A stretch of DNA of 64,000 nt from an uncultured delta proteobacterium. GTDB taxonomy: Bacteria; Myxococcota_A; Polyangia; Polyangiales; Houyiibacteriaceae. Each line of letters opens with the position of its first letter. Position 1 is the first letter of the stretch. Below are positions 21,005 to 32,677 of the stretch, one piece after another. A program made the translations under genes and the position numbers. The notes under the pieces were generated by a model, which was given only the letters and a program-made list of their open reading frames with translations, was not told the origin of the DNA and did not search any database. Location of the stretch: positions 1,536,001-1,600,000 of the forward strand of contig CAVOVB010000001.1 of assembly GCA_963699755.1 (NCBI GenBank), read 5' to 3'.

Positions 21005-21224
21005 CAGTAACCTCCTGATCAGGATTGTCCGGCCAGGCTCGAACGTCGGCAATCCAGATAGTTTAGCGGTCTGACGTAGATAATATCTATATCACCGAAC
21101 CGGGCTTTCCGACGGAAACCGACCGACGCAAGTCCGCCGTTTTCCTGACCCCGGCTGCGGGACACCCTTGAAATCACTTGGCTTTGCGGCTCGCACGCGG
21201 CGTCCGCGACGTCGGGCCCAGCCT

Positions 21225-21975
21225 CTAGCCTTCGTGCGTGACCCTGGGGAAACGGCAGCCGTGAGTTGGCGCCTGAACCGAGCTGCGCGGGCTACTGGCA
21301 GACCATGACGGTGTCCTCGTTGTCCATTTCAAACGGCGCTTCGAGCGGCGCCGGCCGGGGATTGCCGGCGAGGAGCAACCCGGAGTTGTCGGCTTCGACA
21401 TTCGTCCAGGCCGCGTCACGTCCGTCGGGGCCGCTCGCTAGCATGGCATTGATCCAGTCGACGACGGTAGGGAAGCCACCGGTCGTGTCCGTGTAGACAT
21501 CGCCGAAATCGCAGCTCGCCTCCCACCATGTCGTCGCGCCAAGCGGGCTCATGTCGAGCATGATGTTGTAGAAGCCGGTCTGGCCTCCGGGGCGTCAACG
21601 ACCCCTGGAATGCATTCAGCCAGATCGGCATCGAAGCTCCAGTTGCCGAATTCGTTCGTGAGGCACTCCTGGGTGATTCCGTTGCCTGCATCGGCGAGCC
21701 CATTTCTCGACGACCCGGGAGTTGTGGTACCCGCGGTGCTCGATCGTAGGCTCCTCGGCGTACTCCTGGATCGTGTCGCCGAACTGGACGTCACCGGTAC
21801 AATAGGACACGAATACGATGTGCCAGTCCTTGAAGGGGTTGTCCTCGTTCGTCAGGTCAGCAAAGCCGGAGGAGCGAGTGCTTGGGTTGTCGCCTTCGGT
21901 CGCCGTATCTGCACAGGTCGGAACGAGGCACGTGAACGCATCCCAGCATGCGCCTCCGACTTGGCAGTACATCAG
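21225..21975 (-). pseudogene. Pectin acetylesterase-family hydrolase fragments
   Basis: GGACWD, NPFKDWHIVFVSYCTGDV and HRGYHN across broken frames. Confidence 0.65.
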
Positions 21976-22349
21976 CTCCGCTCGACTGCGTACAGCACCA
22001 TCGCCGCGACCAAGCAGACGGCGGCCACGACGTCCCCCATGACGACCGTACGGATCGCAGGGCCGTAGCGGCCCACCTTGAACGCGAGATAGAAGAACGA
22101 AAGCAGGCTCGCGGCGGCTGCGACAAACGCGAGCGGCTGAACGGCCGGGACGAAGGCGGCATAGGCGAAGAATACCCCGAGGATGCCGAACAGAACGGCC
22201 CGGTGCCGCATGAGGATCTCCAGCTCGGGGCTATCGATCTCGATTCCATAGAGCGCAGCCAGCCGCGTAGGCCCGAGAAATCCAGTGATCGGAACCAGAT
22301 GAATCGCGGCAACGACCAGCATCAGTCCCGCGATGATGTTCTTCAGCAT
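21972..22349 (-). CDS. Small four-TM membrane protein
   Basis: IHLVP..G...L..LYGI and LMRHRAVLFG; function not assignable. Confidence 0.75.
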   Translation of the reverse strand: MLKNIIAGLMLVVAAIHLVPITGFLGPTRLAALYGIEIDSPELEILMRHRAVLFGILGVFFAYAAFVPAVQPLAFVAAAASLLSFFYLAFKVGRYGPAIRTVVMGDVVAAVCLVAAMVLYAVERS

Positions 22350-22450
22350 CCGGCGATCCTCCTAGCCCCCGCGCATGCGGTCAATGCCGGAAAGCGCCCC
22401 GCGATCATCGCGCAGTACCGAGCCGCTGACCTACGCCGCCACGATCGGCT

Positions 22451-22496
22451 CTCTTAGCCCATCCGGCTCAAGGTGAGCGCCCAATTTCGCGGGACT
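22451..22496 (-). repeat. 46-bp site, copy 3
   Basis: Reverse complement AGTCCCGCGAAATTGGGCGCTCA-CCTTGAG-CCGGATGGGCTAAGAG. Confidence 0.9.
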
Positions 22497-22548
22497 AGCG
22501 CGTTCTGTCGACTGGGACGCGAACCGGAAAAAGGCCTCTATGTCGACT

Positions 22549-23692
22549 TCTGTGAAGCGGCGTCCCCCGTCAAGTTCAAAGTTCTGGGTTGTCTAGCCGT
22601 TTTGGCGAGATGGTCGGCATCCTTCTGTTCGCGCTCGCCTGAGGCAGCTTCTTGCTGCGGCGCATGGTGGGATTCGAGGGCTGGCCGGCGCCATCTATGC
22701 TTCGGCTCCAAAAAAGTAGCCAAAATTCAACGCGCTCGGCCCCCGCAATTTGGACTCATCGCGGGAAGGCGTGTGTGTCAGTTCTCCTTTGGGATGTTCG
22801 GGTCACGCAGCATGGGCTGCAGAGATGTTGTGTCTTCCGAAGTCGGTGCCATCGCGCCACATCGCAAACAAGATGCCGGCGAGCTTTCGCGCCAAGGCGA
22901 CCGCGGCGATACGCTTGCCTCGTCGAATCGCAATCCGGTGAGCCCATGCGCGAAGCGCTTCGTTGTCCGCGCGTCGGCTTCGCAGCAATTGCCGTGAGGC
23001 CTCGACCACGAGTGCGCGCATGCGCCGGTTGCCCGCATTGGTGATGTGGCCTCAGCGTTGTTTCTCGCCGCTGCTGAGCTCCCGCGGCACAAGCCCTAGA
23101 TAAGCGCGCACCCGTTTGGCGTGCGCAAAGCGTTCGACCCGGTCGACGATAGCCACAAATGAAATCGCTGTGACCGGACCCACGCCAGCCGCGGTGCACA
23201 ATCGCTTGGCGACCTCATGGGTCCTGACTTGTTCGGCGAGGGCTTTGTCCGCGGCCTTGAGCTCTGCGTTGACCGAGCGCATCAGATCGAGCAGCGGCGC
23301 CACGTTCGCTCCGAAGGCTTCGGGCAAGTCGAGCTCGCCTAGGCGCTCAGCAAACGTGGCGGCCCCGCCGCTGCGCACGCGGTAGCCTTGCTGCCTCAAG
23401 AGCGCCCGAATCAGACGAATGTGACGGGTCCGCGTTTGCACCAGCGCCTCGCGCACCGCATGCGGGGCTTGTCGCGTTTCCCGAGCCACTTCGCAAAGCT
23501 CTGTCGGTCGGTGCCGATCCGCCGCTCGATGAGCTGCCCCGTTTCGGTCCGGATGCAGACTTGGCTTGCGTTCTTGTGCACGTCGATTCCAATATGGTCC
23601 ATGGCTGGCCTCCACTGCGGCGATTGACCGCGTTTATTGTGTGTGGGGCATCTTGCCACCACGTCGTGGCGGCCAGCCGCTTCATTTCATCT
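22549..23692 (-). mobile_element. IS110 family (IS1111-like) element with a decayed transposase (22803-23602)
   Basis: GIDVHK, GVGPVTA, YLGLVPRELSSG and ALARKLAGILFAMWRDG. Internal deletion and a TGA at 23052. Sub-terminal IR TGAAGCGGC at 22553 and 23676, ~250-bp downstream non-coding region, outward TTGACG at the right end. Confidence 0.85.
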
Positions 23693-23939
23693 ACGCTCCT
23701 TCACACGGTAGTCGAATCGGACTTTTCGATTTGCAAACCGATCAACAGAAGCATGCTGTGCTCGATGCAAATTGTGCACCGTGGCGAAGGGAATGCGTCC
23801 CACGAAGGTGCAAGTCGACTTGAGGTACTGCATAGCTGTTGCATGTTCCACGACAGGAGGAGGAGCGCCCTTCGCCGTTCGTTGCGTCGGCCAACTCCGA
23901 CGATGGATGACCGCTCGGTGTTGGGACGAGGGTGCGCAT

Positions 23940-24292
23940 GCCGCGCGCGCACGCTTCGCGCCGCCGCCCGTGCCGCCGGCTTAGAGCCCGATCGCGCATC
24001 GCAGGTCAAGCCATACGACTTCCGGCACAGCGTCGCGACGGAGCTCACGGAACGTTCAGGGAACCTTCTCGGTGTCGGCTACCTGCTCGGGCACCGCCAC
24101 GCGACCACCACCAACCAGTACGTTCATGCGCGTCGCCGCGCGGCCGAGGCAGTTCTTTTGGGACAGAATTCGGGACAGATTGAAAGTAGTTTCGAGGTGC
24201 CCACAATCGGCGATCGAGCTAACCCCCCGACATCACTTCAGTGCGAGGGACAGGACTCGAACCTGCACGCCCTAAGGACACTGGAACCTAAA
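23940..24292 (+). pseudogene. C-terminal remnant of an A-type tyrosine integrase from an older tandem element
   Basis: KPYDFRHSVATELTERSGNLLGVGYLLGHRHATTTNQY is identical to Int A. Confidence 0.9.
24242..24292 (-). repeat. att site: 3' half of tRNA-Leu
   Basis: Identical to 31454-31504; identity ends exactly after AACCTAAA. Confidence 0.95.
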
Positions 24293-24661
24293 CGTAGGCC
24301 AGGCCCCCCACTTCCCGCGAATTTATTGGGGAAAGATGCGTCAGCAGACGTCCTGAGAGGTAGTGAAAAGACGCATTCGGGACAGGATGTCCCAGATACA
24401 GGCGTCGTTGTGACGATGTCTGATGTTCGTGCGTGCGCCAGGGCGCTCGTCCAACGTGTCGCCGAAGGTGGGGAGATCCCGATGGCGTCATTGCGCGATC
24501 TTGCCGAGCTCGCGCTGCGTTCGGAGTTGGTTGCCGTCAGCCAACAGCTACTCGACGGGCCGCCCGAGTTTGCGCTCAGGCGGGCGATGGAGCTTGCGGG
24601 TTTGGTCTTGGCGGTAGTTGCTACCGATGAGCACGCGGAAGAAAAGGAGGCGGCCAAGTGA
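24293..24661 (+). CDS. Displaced integrase C-terminal extension (or a small ORF starting at 24416)
   Basis: In frame with the integrase across the att core; homologous to 52418-52798 (EIPM..LR..A.L.L.SELVA...LDGPPEFA.RRA.ELA); stop overlaps the mobC start. Confidence 0.7.
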   Translation, partial: RRPGPPLPANLLGKDASADVLRGSEKTHSGQDVPDTGVVVTMSDVRACARALVQRVAEGGEIPMASLRDLAELALRSELVAVSQQLLDGPPEFALRRAMELAGLVLAVVATDEHAEEKEAAK

Positions 24662-25005
24662 AGCGAAACGAGGCGAGGAAGCTGAAGTCCTGCATGATCT
24701 CGTTTCGGGTCGATGAGGACTACCTCAGTCGGCTCGATGCTCTGGCGCAGCAAACCAGCTATTCGCGCGCAGAGGTGCTTCGTCGATGCCTTGTCGGGGC
24801 TCCGCTCAAGAGCACCGTCGATGCACAGGCGCTCACCAAGGTTGCACGGGTGCACGCCGACCTCAACCGCATCGGTGGTCTTCTCAAGCTCGCGATTCGA
24901 GAGGGCGTGTCTGACCCGTCCAGCCACAACAGGCTGAACCTCGAGCTCATCGACTCCATCATCCAAGTCCGTCGGGCGGTGGAGCGTTTGGCAGGGCGTC
25001 GGTGA
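24658..25005 (+). CDS. mobC: Relaxosome accessory protein MobC/TraJ-like
   Basis: RHH-like ISFRVDE and LNRIGGLLKL; coupled to the relaxase start (GTGA). Confidence 0.85.
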   Translation: MKRNEARKLKSCMISFRVDEDYLSRLDALAQQTSYSRAEVLRRCLVGAPLKSTVDAQALTKVARVHADLNRIGGLLKLAIREGVSDPSSHNRLNLELIDSIIQVRRAVERLAGRR

Positions 25006-26240
25006 TCGTCCGGCACCAACGTGCATCAGCGAGCAACAGGGGCTTTCGTCAGCTCGCCCGCTACATTCAGGGTCGAAGCGACAAGCCGCGAACGACCTGG
25101 TTCCTGGCAGCAAATCTGCCTGGAGTGACCGGGCCCCGCAACCTCGAGCTCGCCTGCCGACTCGTCGAGGCCGTGCACGCGCAGAACACCCGCGCGGGGA
25201 GAAAACGTACCTATCATCTCGTCGTCTCGCTTCACCCGGAAGACCGAAGCCTCGACAGGAACGAGTTCAGGCGTGTTGTGGAAAACCTCGTGGAGACTTT
25301 GGGGTTTTCCGGTCATCAGTACATCGCCGCGCGTCACAACGACAAAGACCATGAGCACGTTCATGTAGCCATCCACAAGATCCACCCGGAGACCTTTCGG
25401 ATTCACTCGCCGGCGTGGAGCCACCAGAAGCTCTTCACCGTGAGCCGTGCGCTCGAACTAGAGCTCGGACTCACGCCGCTTCGGCCGAGAGTGCGTGATC
25501 GTGAGAAGGTCCCGCAGAGGGCGGCGGACCACGAAGCTCACCACGGGGTCGACAGCTTCGCTCGCTGGGCCCGGAAGGAGCTTGGTCCCGCACTTCGAGC
25601 CGTGCAGGTCCGGAGCTGGGACGATGTTCACGACGTCTGCGCCACTCTTGGCGTCGTGCTTCGGCCACATGGCAACGGCCTCGTCTTCGAGGATGTCGAG
25701 CAAGGCGTGCGCGTCAAGGCGTCGTTCGTGGGCCGCGCGCTCAGCAAGCCGCGCCTGTGCCAACGGTTCGGAGCCTTCCACCGAGCGCCCGCGCATCAGC
25801 TGGAAGCTGCAAGAACTGCGACCCGGCGATACTCCCCCGCCCCTCCCATCGCGCCGCAGGGCCTGTGGAAGGAATACGAGCAGAGCCTGATCCAAGCTCG
25901 TACGCAGCGCCAAGACGCATGGGATAGCTACCGGCATGCTGCCGCGCGCGAGCGCCAGGAGCTCAAGCAGAAGTATCGCCGTCAGCGGAACGTCATCAAC
26001 GCCTTACCCGTGTCAGCCCGCGATCGAGGCCAGCTTGTGCGACAACTCGCGCTTCGGCAGACCATGGAAACTCGAGCTCTGAGGCGAAAACTCGCGATCC
26101 AACGGAAAGCCATCCAGAAGACCTGGCACCCTGGCACGTGGCGCCATTTCGTCACCAGTCGCGCCGCGCAGCGCGACGCCCGCGCGATTCGACTTCGAGA
26201 GCGGGAACGCGGCGGTTCCGAGCAAGAACGGGAGTTGTGA
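25002..26240 (+). CDS. MOB-P (TraI/VirD2-type) relaxase
   Basis: LARYI (putative catalytic Tyr21), YHLVVSLHPED and HQYIAARHNDKDHEHVHVAIHKIHP. Confidence 0.92.
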   Translation: MIVRHQRASASNRGFRQLARYIQGRSDKPRTTWFLAANLPGVTGPRNLELACRLVEAVHAQNTRAGRKRTYHLVVSLHPEDRSLDRNEFRRVVENLVETLGFSGHQYIAARHNDKDHEHVHVAIHKIHPETFRIHSPAWSHQKLFTVSRALELELGLTPLRPRVRDREKVPQRAADHEAHHGVDSFARWARKELGPALRAVQVRSWDDVHDVCATLGVVLRPHGNGLVFEDVEQGVRVKASFVGRALSKPRLCQRFGAFHRAPAHQLEAARTATRRYSPAPPIAPQGLWKEYEQSLIQARTQRQDAWDSYRHAAARERQELKQKYRRQRNVINALPVSARDRGQLVRQLALRQTMETRALRRKLAIQRKAIQKTWHPGTWRHFVTSRAAQRDARAIRLRERERGGSEQEREL

Positions 26241-26321
26241 GATGCAAGGAGACGGAGTGGAGACGCAGATGGGCGAGCCAAACGCGGTCTAGCGGTGCGT
26301 CGCAAGTCGAAATAACGAGCT

Positions 26322-26367
26322 AGTACCGCGCAATTTGGCGTCTACGATGAGCCCGATGGGCAGAGAG
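26322..26367 (+). repeat. 46-bp site, copy 4
   Basis: AGTACCGCGCAATTTGGCGTCTA-CGATGAG-CCCGATGGGCAGAGAG, ~80 bp after the relaxase stop. Confidence 0.9.
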
Positions 26368-26538
26368 TCAAACTCGGTCGGATCTCTTGGTGGGATCTCT
26401 TGGGTCGGTCAACCTGAGTCGGATTCTCCAACTCACAGCGCGGACAGGGCCTTTGTTCCTACTACGACCGTCGCAACGTGTGTTAGCCGGAGGGCGACAA
26501 ACAGAATCAGTCACTCTGGTCGGAAGCGACCACGAGGT

Positions 26539-27333
26539 CTACAGGGCCAGGTTGAGCTCATCGACGAGGACCACAGCATTCCAAGCCGCGTGCAATAGCA
26601 TCCCAGGGTAGATGCTGTTCGACCGGTTTCGAAGCCAGCCGAACATGAGGCCCATCCCGAAGTGCGTGATGAAGATAATGGGGGAGAGGTGAAGCACGCT
26701 AAACAGAGCCGCCTGGACGATCCAGGCCTCCGTCTGGGTCAGCACACCCGCCAGCCTCGTCTGGATCACCCCTCTGAAGGCAAGCTCCTCCCAGACCGCC
26801 GGCGCGATGCTGATTGCTACGAAGACTAGCCACGTGGGAACTCCCGCTTCGATGTAACGTTCGCTCACTATCAAGAACGGAACCCCGAGAGAGTCGAGCC
26901 CCCTGAAAACGGCAAAGAACAGGAGCACGAAGGCAAGGCTGGAACCGAGAAACACGACAACGCCAGCGAGGCTCGGTAGCCGCAACGCCAATAGAGGTCG
27001 AATGTCATCGTAGAAGCGCACGCAGAAGCCCAGTGTCACGATGGCATCCAGTGCGCCGAAGGCGTGGATCAGCAAGAGGGACTCGTTGAATCGTGACACC
27101 AGACCCAACACCAGGGAGGTGCCAAGGTAGACCAAGTAGAGCCCGACCAGAGGCTCTACGTATCCCCAAGCGGAAGCACCAGCGCGATGCGACGGCTGTG
27201 CCGCGAGGGCGGACTCAACTGCCGACTCGGCGTCCGTCGGGGCTCCACACCGCGGGCAGAACTTTGCGGAAGCGCGCAGGGGAGTATCGCAGGCGCGGCA
27301 CAGTCCGACGCCTCCCCCAGCCGGAGGACTCAT
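26539..27333 (-). CDS. CPBP intramembrane metalloprotease with an N-terminal zinc ribbon
   Basis: EELAFRG, FSVLH and HAAWN; CRAC...CPRCG. Confidence 0.9.
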   Translation of the reverse strand: MSPPAGGGVGLCRACDTPLRASAKFCPRCGAPTDAESAVESALAAQPSHRAGASAWGYVEPLVGLYLVYLGTSLVLGLVSRFNESLLLIHAFGALDAIVTLGFCVRFYDDIRPLLALRLPSLAGVVVFLGSSLAFVLLFFAVFRGLDSLGVPFLIVSERYIEAGVPTWLVFVAISIAPAVWEELAFRGVIQTRLAGVLTQTEAWIVQAALFSVLHLSPIIFITHFGMGLMFGWLRNRSNSIYPGMLLHAAWNAVVLVDELNLAL

Positions 27334-28127
27334 GTCTGTAGGCTGCGTTGCTGGAAGCCTGCCTTGATACCGCGATACAGCATCGCGACGATGATTATCT
27401 TTAGGACGATGCCTTGGCCTATCGTCGCAGGGTCAACGATCGCTGAGATGACCTGCACTGCCAAATAAGTCCCAGCGGCAACCAGCACGGCGGGCAGAGG
27501 CGAGCGCCGTCCCCAGAAATAGAGCCCCGCCATCACGACCGCGAGGAGGATGTTAACGAGGAGAACCCCAATCGGTTCCCATTCGACCATCTCCCGCAAC
27601 TCCCCCACGGTAACGATGTTTCCGTTCACGGGTTCGGACCACTGCGCAGCTGCGTCGTATTGCGCTAGCTTCTCGAGTGCATCCTGAGCCCGGCTGTACT
27701 GGATTCCACCAAGCAGTAGGCCCGCCAATAAGAACAGTATGGAGAGTGCTCCGATAACGCCGTTAGCGCCCTTGATGCTGAGATCCAACTGCTGCACTTC
27801 GGGAGGCTGTGCTGGCGTGCCACACGACTCGCAGAACTTGTCGTACGCCTTCATCTCGGCGGAACACTTCTCACATCGAATCTTCGTGCCTACAGCCGCT
27901 AGTCGAGCCATCTCGCCATTCACGCGAAGCTCAACGGTCTGCTGGGTGAGGCCCCATGTCACGAAGGCTTCCGCCATTCTTCCGTCGGAGAGAGAGAATT
28001 TGGGTCCCGTCTTTCCCGAAAACTCCTGTACAGGCTCGCCGTTAAGTGAAACTTGCCTCCTCCCATTCCAGCGGAGCTTCAGGCTCACGATGTCCTCCGG
28101 CCCGACTTCCCACTCAAACTTCGCCAT
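27330..28127 (-). CDS. Zinc-ribbon membrane protein
   Basis: CEKC...FCESCG plus about four TM segments; coupled to the CPBP gene. Confidence 0.75.
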   Translation of the reverse strand: MAKFEWEVGPEDIVSLKLRWNGRRQVSLNGEPVQEFSGKTGPKFSLSDGRMAEAFVTWGLTQQTVELRVNGEMARLAAVGTKIRCEKCSAEMKAYDKFCESCGTPAQPPEVQQLDLSIKGANGVIGALSILFLLAGLLLGGIQYSRAQDALEKLAQYDAAAQWSEPVNGNIVTVGELREMVEWEPIGVLLVNILLAVVMAGLYFWGRRSPLPAVLVAAGTYLAVQVISAIVDPATIGQGIVLKIIIVAMLYRGIKAGFQQRSLQT

Positions 28128-28280
28128 AAGATCGAATTGTAGACCAAGGTCCCGTTTCTCGCATCAGCGCACAGATTGCGGTTCCTGGATGCGCTCGCAC
28201 GAGTCTTACCCAACGCGGCAAGGAGCGCATCGTAACTTCAAAGGACCTTTCCGGTTCGCGCCCCACGCGACATAACATGG

Positions 28281-28326
28281 AGTACCGCGAAATTCGGCGC
28301 TCATCGTCCTCCCGATGGGCTAAGAG
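28281..28326 (+). repeat. 46-bp site, copy 5
   Basis: AGTACCGCGAAATTCGGCGCTCA-TCGTCCT-CCCGATGGGCTAAGAG. Confidence 0.9.
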
Positions 28327-28328
28327 AG

Positions 28329-28452
28329 CTCGAAGGACCGCCGGAGTTCGCGCTCAGGCGAGCGATGGAACTGTCGGGCTTGATCTTGGCTTGGGCAGCT
28401 ACCGGTGAGTGCAAGGCAGAGGAGGAGGGAGGCGTCCAAGTGAGGCGAATCA
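28329..28452 (+). pseudogene. Remnant of the integrase extension and mobC start
   Basis: GPPEFALRRAMEL matches 24557-24665. Confidence 0.8.
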
Positions 28453-28478
28453 GACCATCCGACGACAGCACCGTGCTG

Positions 28479-28790
28479 TCAGACGGGACGATCCGCCCAG
28501 TATCCGGGTCGGCGCTTGAGGTGCGCCACCGCAAAGATCGTCACGGTATCCGAGTCAAAGTCGTATCGATAGATGAGCCCAAACGGAAATCGCTGCATGA
28601 GGTAGCGGCGATAGGGTTCGTCGATGAGCGGCCAACCCTCTGGGTTGTCGAGAATGTGATCAATCGCGACCTCGAGCTTCCGCGCGAAGTTCCTCGCGGC
28701 AGAGGCTGAGCGGAACTTGTACCAAAGACGCGCGCGACGAGCTTCGTCGGCCGCTTCCGGATGAATGATGAGCTCGGGTTGCTGGCTCAC
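28479..28790 (-). CDS. RelE/ParE family toxin
   Basis: HPEAADE, RFPFGLIY and AVAHLKRRPGYW. Confidence 0.88.
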   Translation of the reverse strand: MSQQPELIIHPEAADEARRARLWYKFRSASAARNFARKLEVAIDHILDNPEGWPLIDEPYRRYLMQRFPFGLIYRYDFDSDTVTIFAVAHLKRRPGYWADRPV

Positions 28791-29011
28791 GTGCCGAGCA
28801 TGATGCGACGGGCTTGAGCCCAAGTGAGCCCTTGAACTTGTCCCGTTTTGAGCTCGCGAGCGCGCTTGTGGACCTCCTCGATCCAGGCTTGCTCGACATC
28901 CGCTTCATCGCTCTCTTCGAGACTGTCGATCAACGAGGATACCAAGCGAGCGCGTTGGCGGACCGGAAGCTTCATCGCCTCCTCGAGCAGCTTCTTCGCC
29001 TCATCGGTCAT
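28787..29011 (-). CDS. Addiction-module antitoxin
   Basis: AMKLPVRQRARLV..LIDSL and AWIEEVHKR; overlaps the toxin start. Confidence 0.85.
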   Translation of the reverse strand: MTDEAKKLLEEAMKLPVRQRARLVSSLIDSLEESDEADVEQAWIEEVHKRARELKTGQVQGLTWAQARRIMLGT

Positions 29012-29156
29012 GCTCCGATTATGCCCGATCGGGTGTGCTGTCGCTACCGCCCGCGTTCTCCGTGCGCCGCGTCTACATGACGACCGAGCTAAGCGACCTG
29101 GCCCAGGGAGCCCTCGCGTCCTTTCGTCTCGAGTGCTACTCTCTGGCCGCTTCGCC

Positions 29157-29648
29157 ATGCGCGTGCCTGCGCTAGTATCCGTGATTCTGTGCGTCTCGTT
29201 CGTCTGCTTCGCCTGCTCCTCAGGCGGCGCCGGGGTCGGTACAGGAGGGGCGGGAGGCCCAGCCGGGATGGGTGGTGCCGCTGGCCGAGGCGGCGCAGGT
29301 GGCATAGGTGCCGACGCGTGTCGCGGACCCCTTGAGGATTACTGCTCTCGATGCCCGACGTACGAAGCGGCGTTTGCCGAGGCTTTCGAGGGATTTGAGA
29401 TCTGCAGCGACGACGGCCCAAGGACAGATCTGCCCGCTGCCGGGACTTGCGGGGAGCTCCGCTGGATCGTGACGTGGGACGTGGTCGACGAGTATTTCGA
29501 GTACTTCGATGCGTCCGGCACGCTGGTCGGAGCGACCTTCGTGACGGACGTGTTCGTTCTGTGTGACGGATCGTCTGCCAGCAAGGACTATGGAATAGTG
29601 CCCGACTGCGAGCGGGTGACCACCACCAGGGTGTGCGAGCCGCAATAG
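29157..29648 (+). CDS. Cys-rich lipoprotein with a Gly linker
   Basis: Lipobox CFAC, GGAGG linker and paired Cys. Confidence 0.7.
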   Translation: MRVPALVSVILCVSFVCFACSSGGAGVGTGGAGGPAGMGGAAGRGGAGGIGADACRGPLEDYCSRCPTYEAAFAEAFEGFEICSDDGPRTDLPAAGTCGELRWIVTWDVVDEYFEYFDASGTLVGATFVTDVFVLCDGSSASKDYGIVPDCERVTTTRVCEPQ

Positions 29649-29723
29649 ACCTCTCTGCGCCAGAGACGACCGAACGTCGAAGTCGTCAAATAGCCCTTAC
29701 GAGCACCCGCATGATGCCTACCG

Positions 29724-29811
29724 AGCCCCTGCGCGAATAAGCCGAAGGCGTTGAGCGCGGCATGCGGGGACTGAGACATCTTCGATGTCTTACAATCCCA
29801 CATCTTGCCCG
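29724..29811 (+). other. oriT of element A (IncP-type nic site)
   Basis: IR AGACATC-TTC-GATGTCT followed by CCCACATCTTG^CCC, resembling the IncP YATCCTG^Y nic; homologous to 34625-34711. Confidence 0.75.
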
Positions 29812-30331
29812 GTACCCAGCATGGTCCGAACTGACCAAGACTGGCGGAATCTGTCACAGGCTGACCTTTTTTGGCGCGTTCTGAATCCTTTTGGAGTCTT
29901 CTGCGCTGTCTTGGATTGAAAGGGAGCCATTTCGCGTCAATCGATTCCACGTCTAGTCAAAGTTGGTCAACCTTGGTCAGTTTGTGACAGTAGAGGACAG
30001 AATGTGACTGCCAGCGCCAAGCTCACCGCGGCGCTTCTTGTCGCTCGATGGCGTGCTCGCTTTCCAAGCATTTTCTGCTCGCGCAACTTTTCGGGGGACA
30101 AAACCGATAACCATGTATGGGGGACACGCCCGACTCATATCAACCGCACGCGAGACCTTCTGATCAAGAAGCCCGAAGAACACCGGCTCTCGATTCGCCC
30201 CTGCTGACAAGAAATGAGGCGGCGGTATATTGTCGAATCTCTCTTCGGACATTCGATCGGCAAGTTGCTGCGAAAGTTCCTCGAGTGCGAATCGGTTGCC
30301 GTTGCTTGTATGACAGGAAAGATATCGATCG

Positions 30332-32677
<2,346 letters not shown>

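Noticed and set aside
23561..24661. 366-aa ORF as a real novel gene
   Set aside because: It is a chance fusion of IS antisense sequence, an integrase remnant and the extension; the same applies to 52418-53098.
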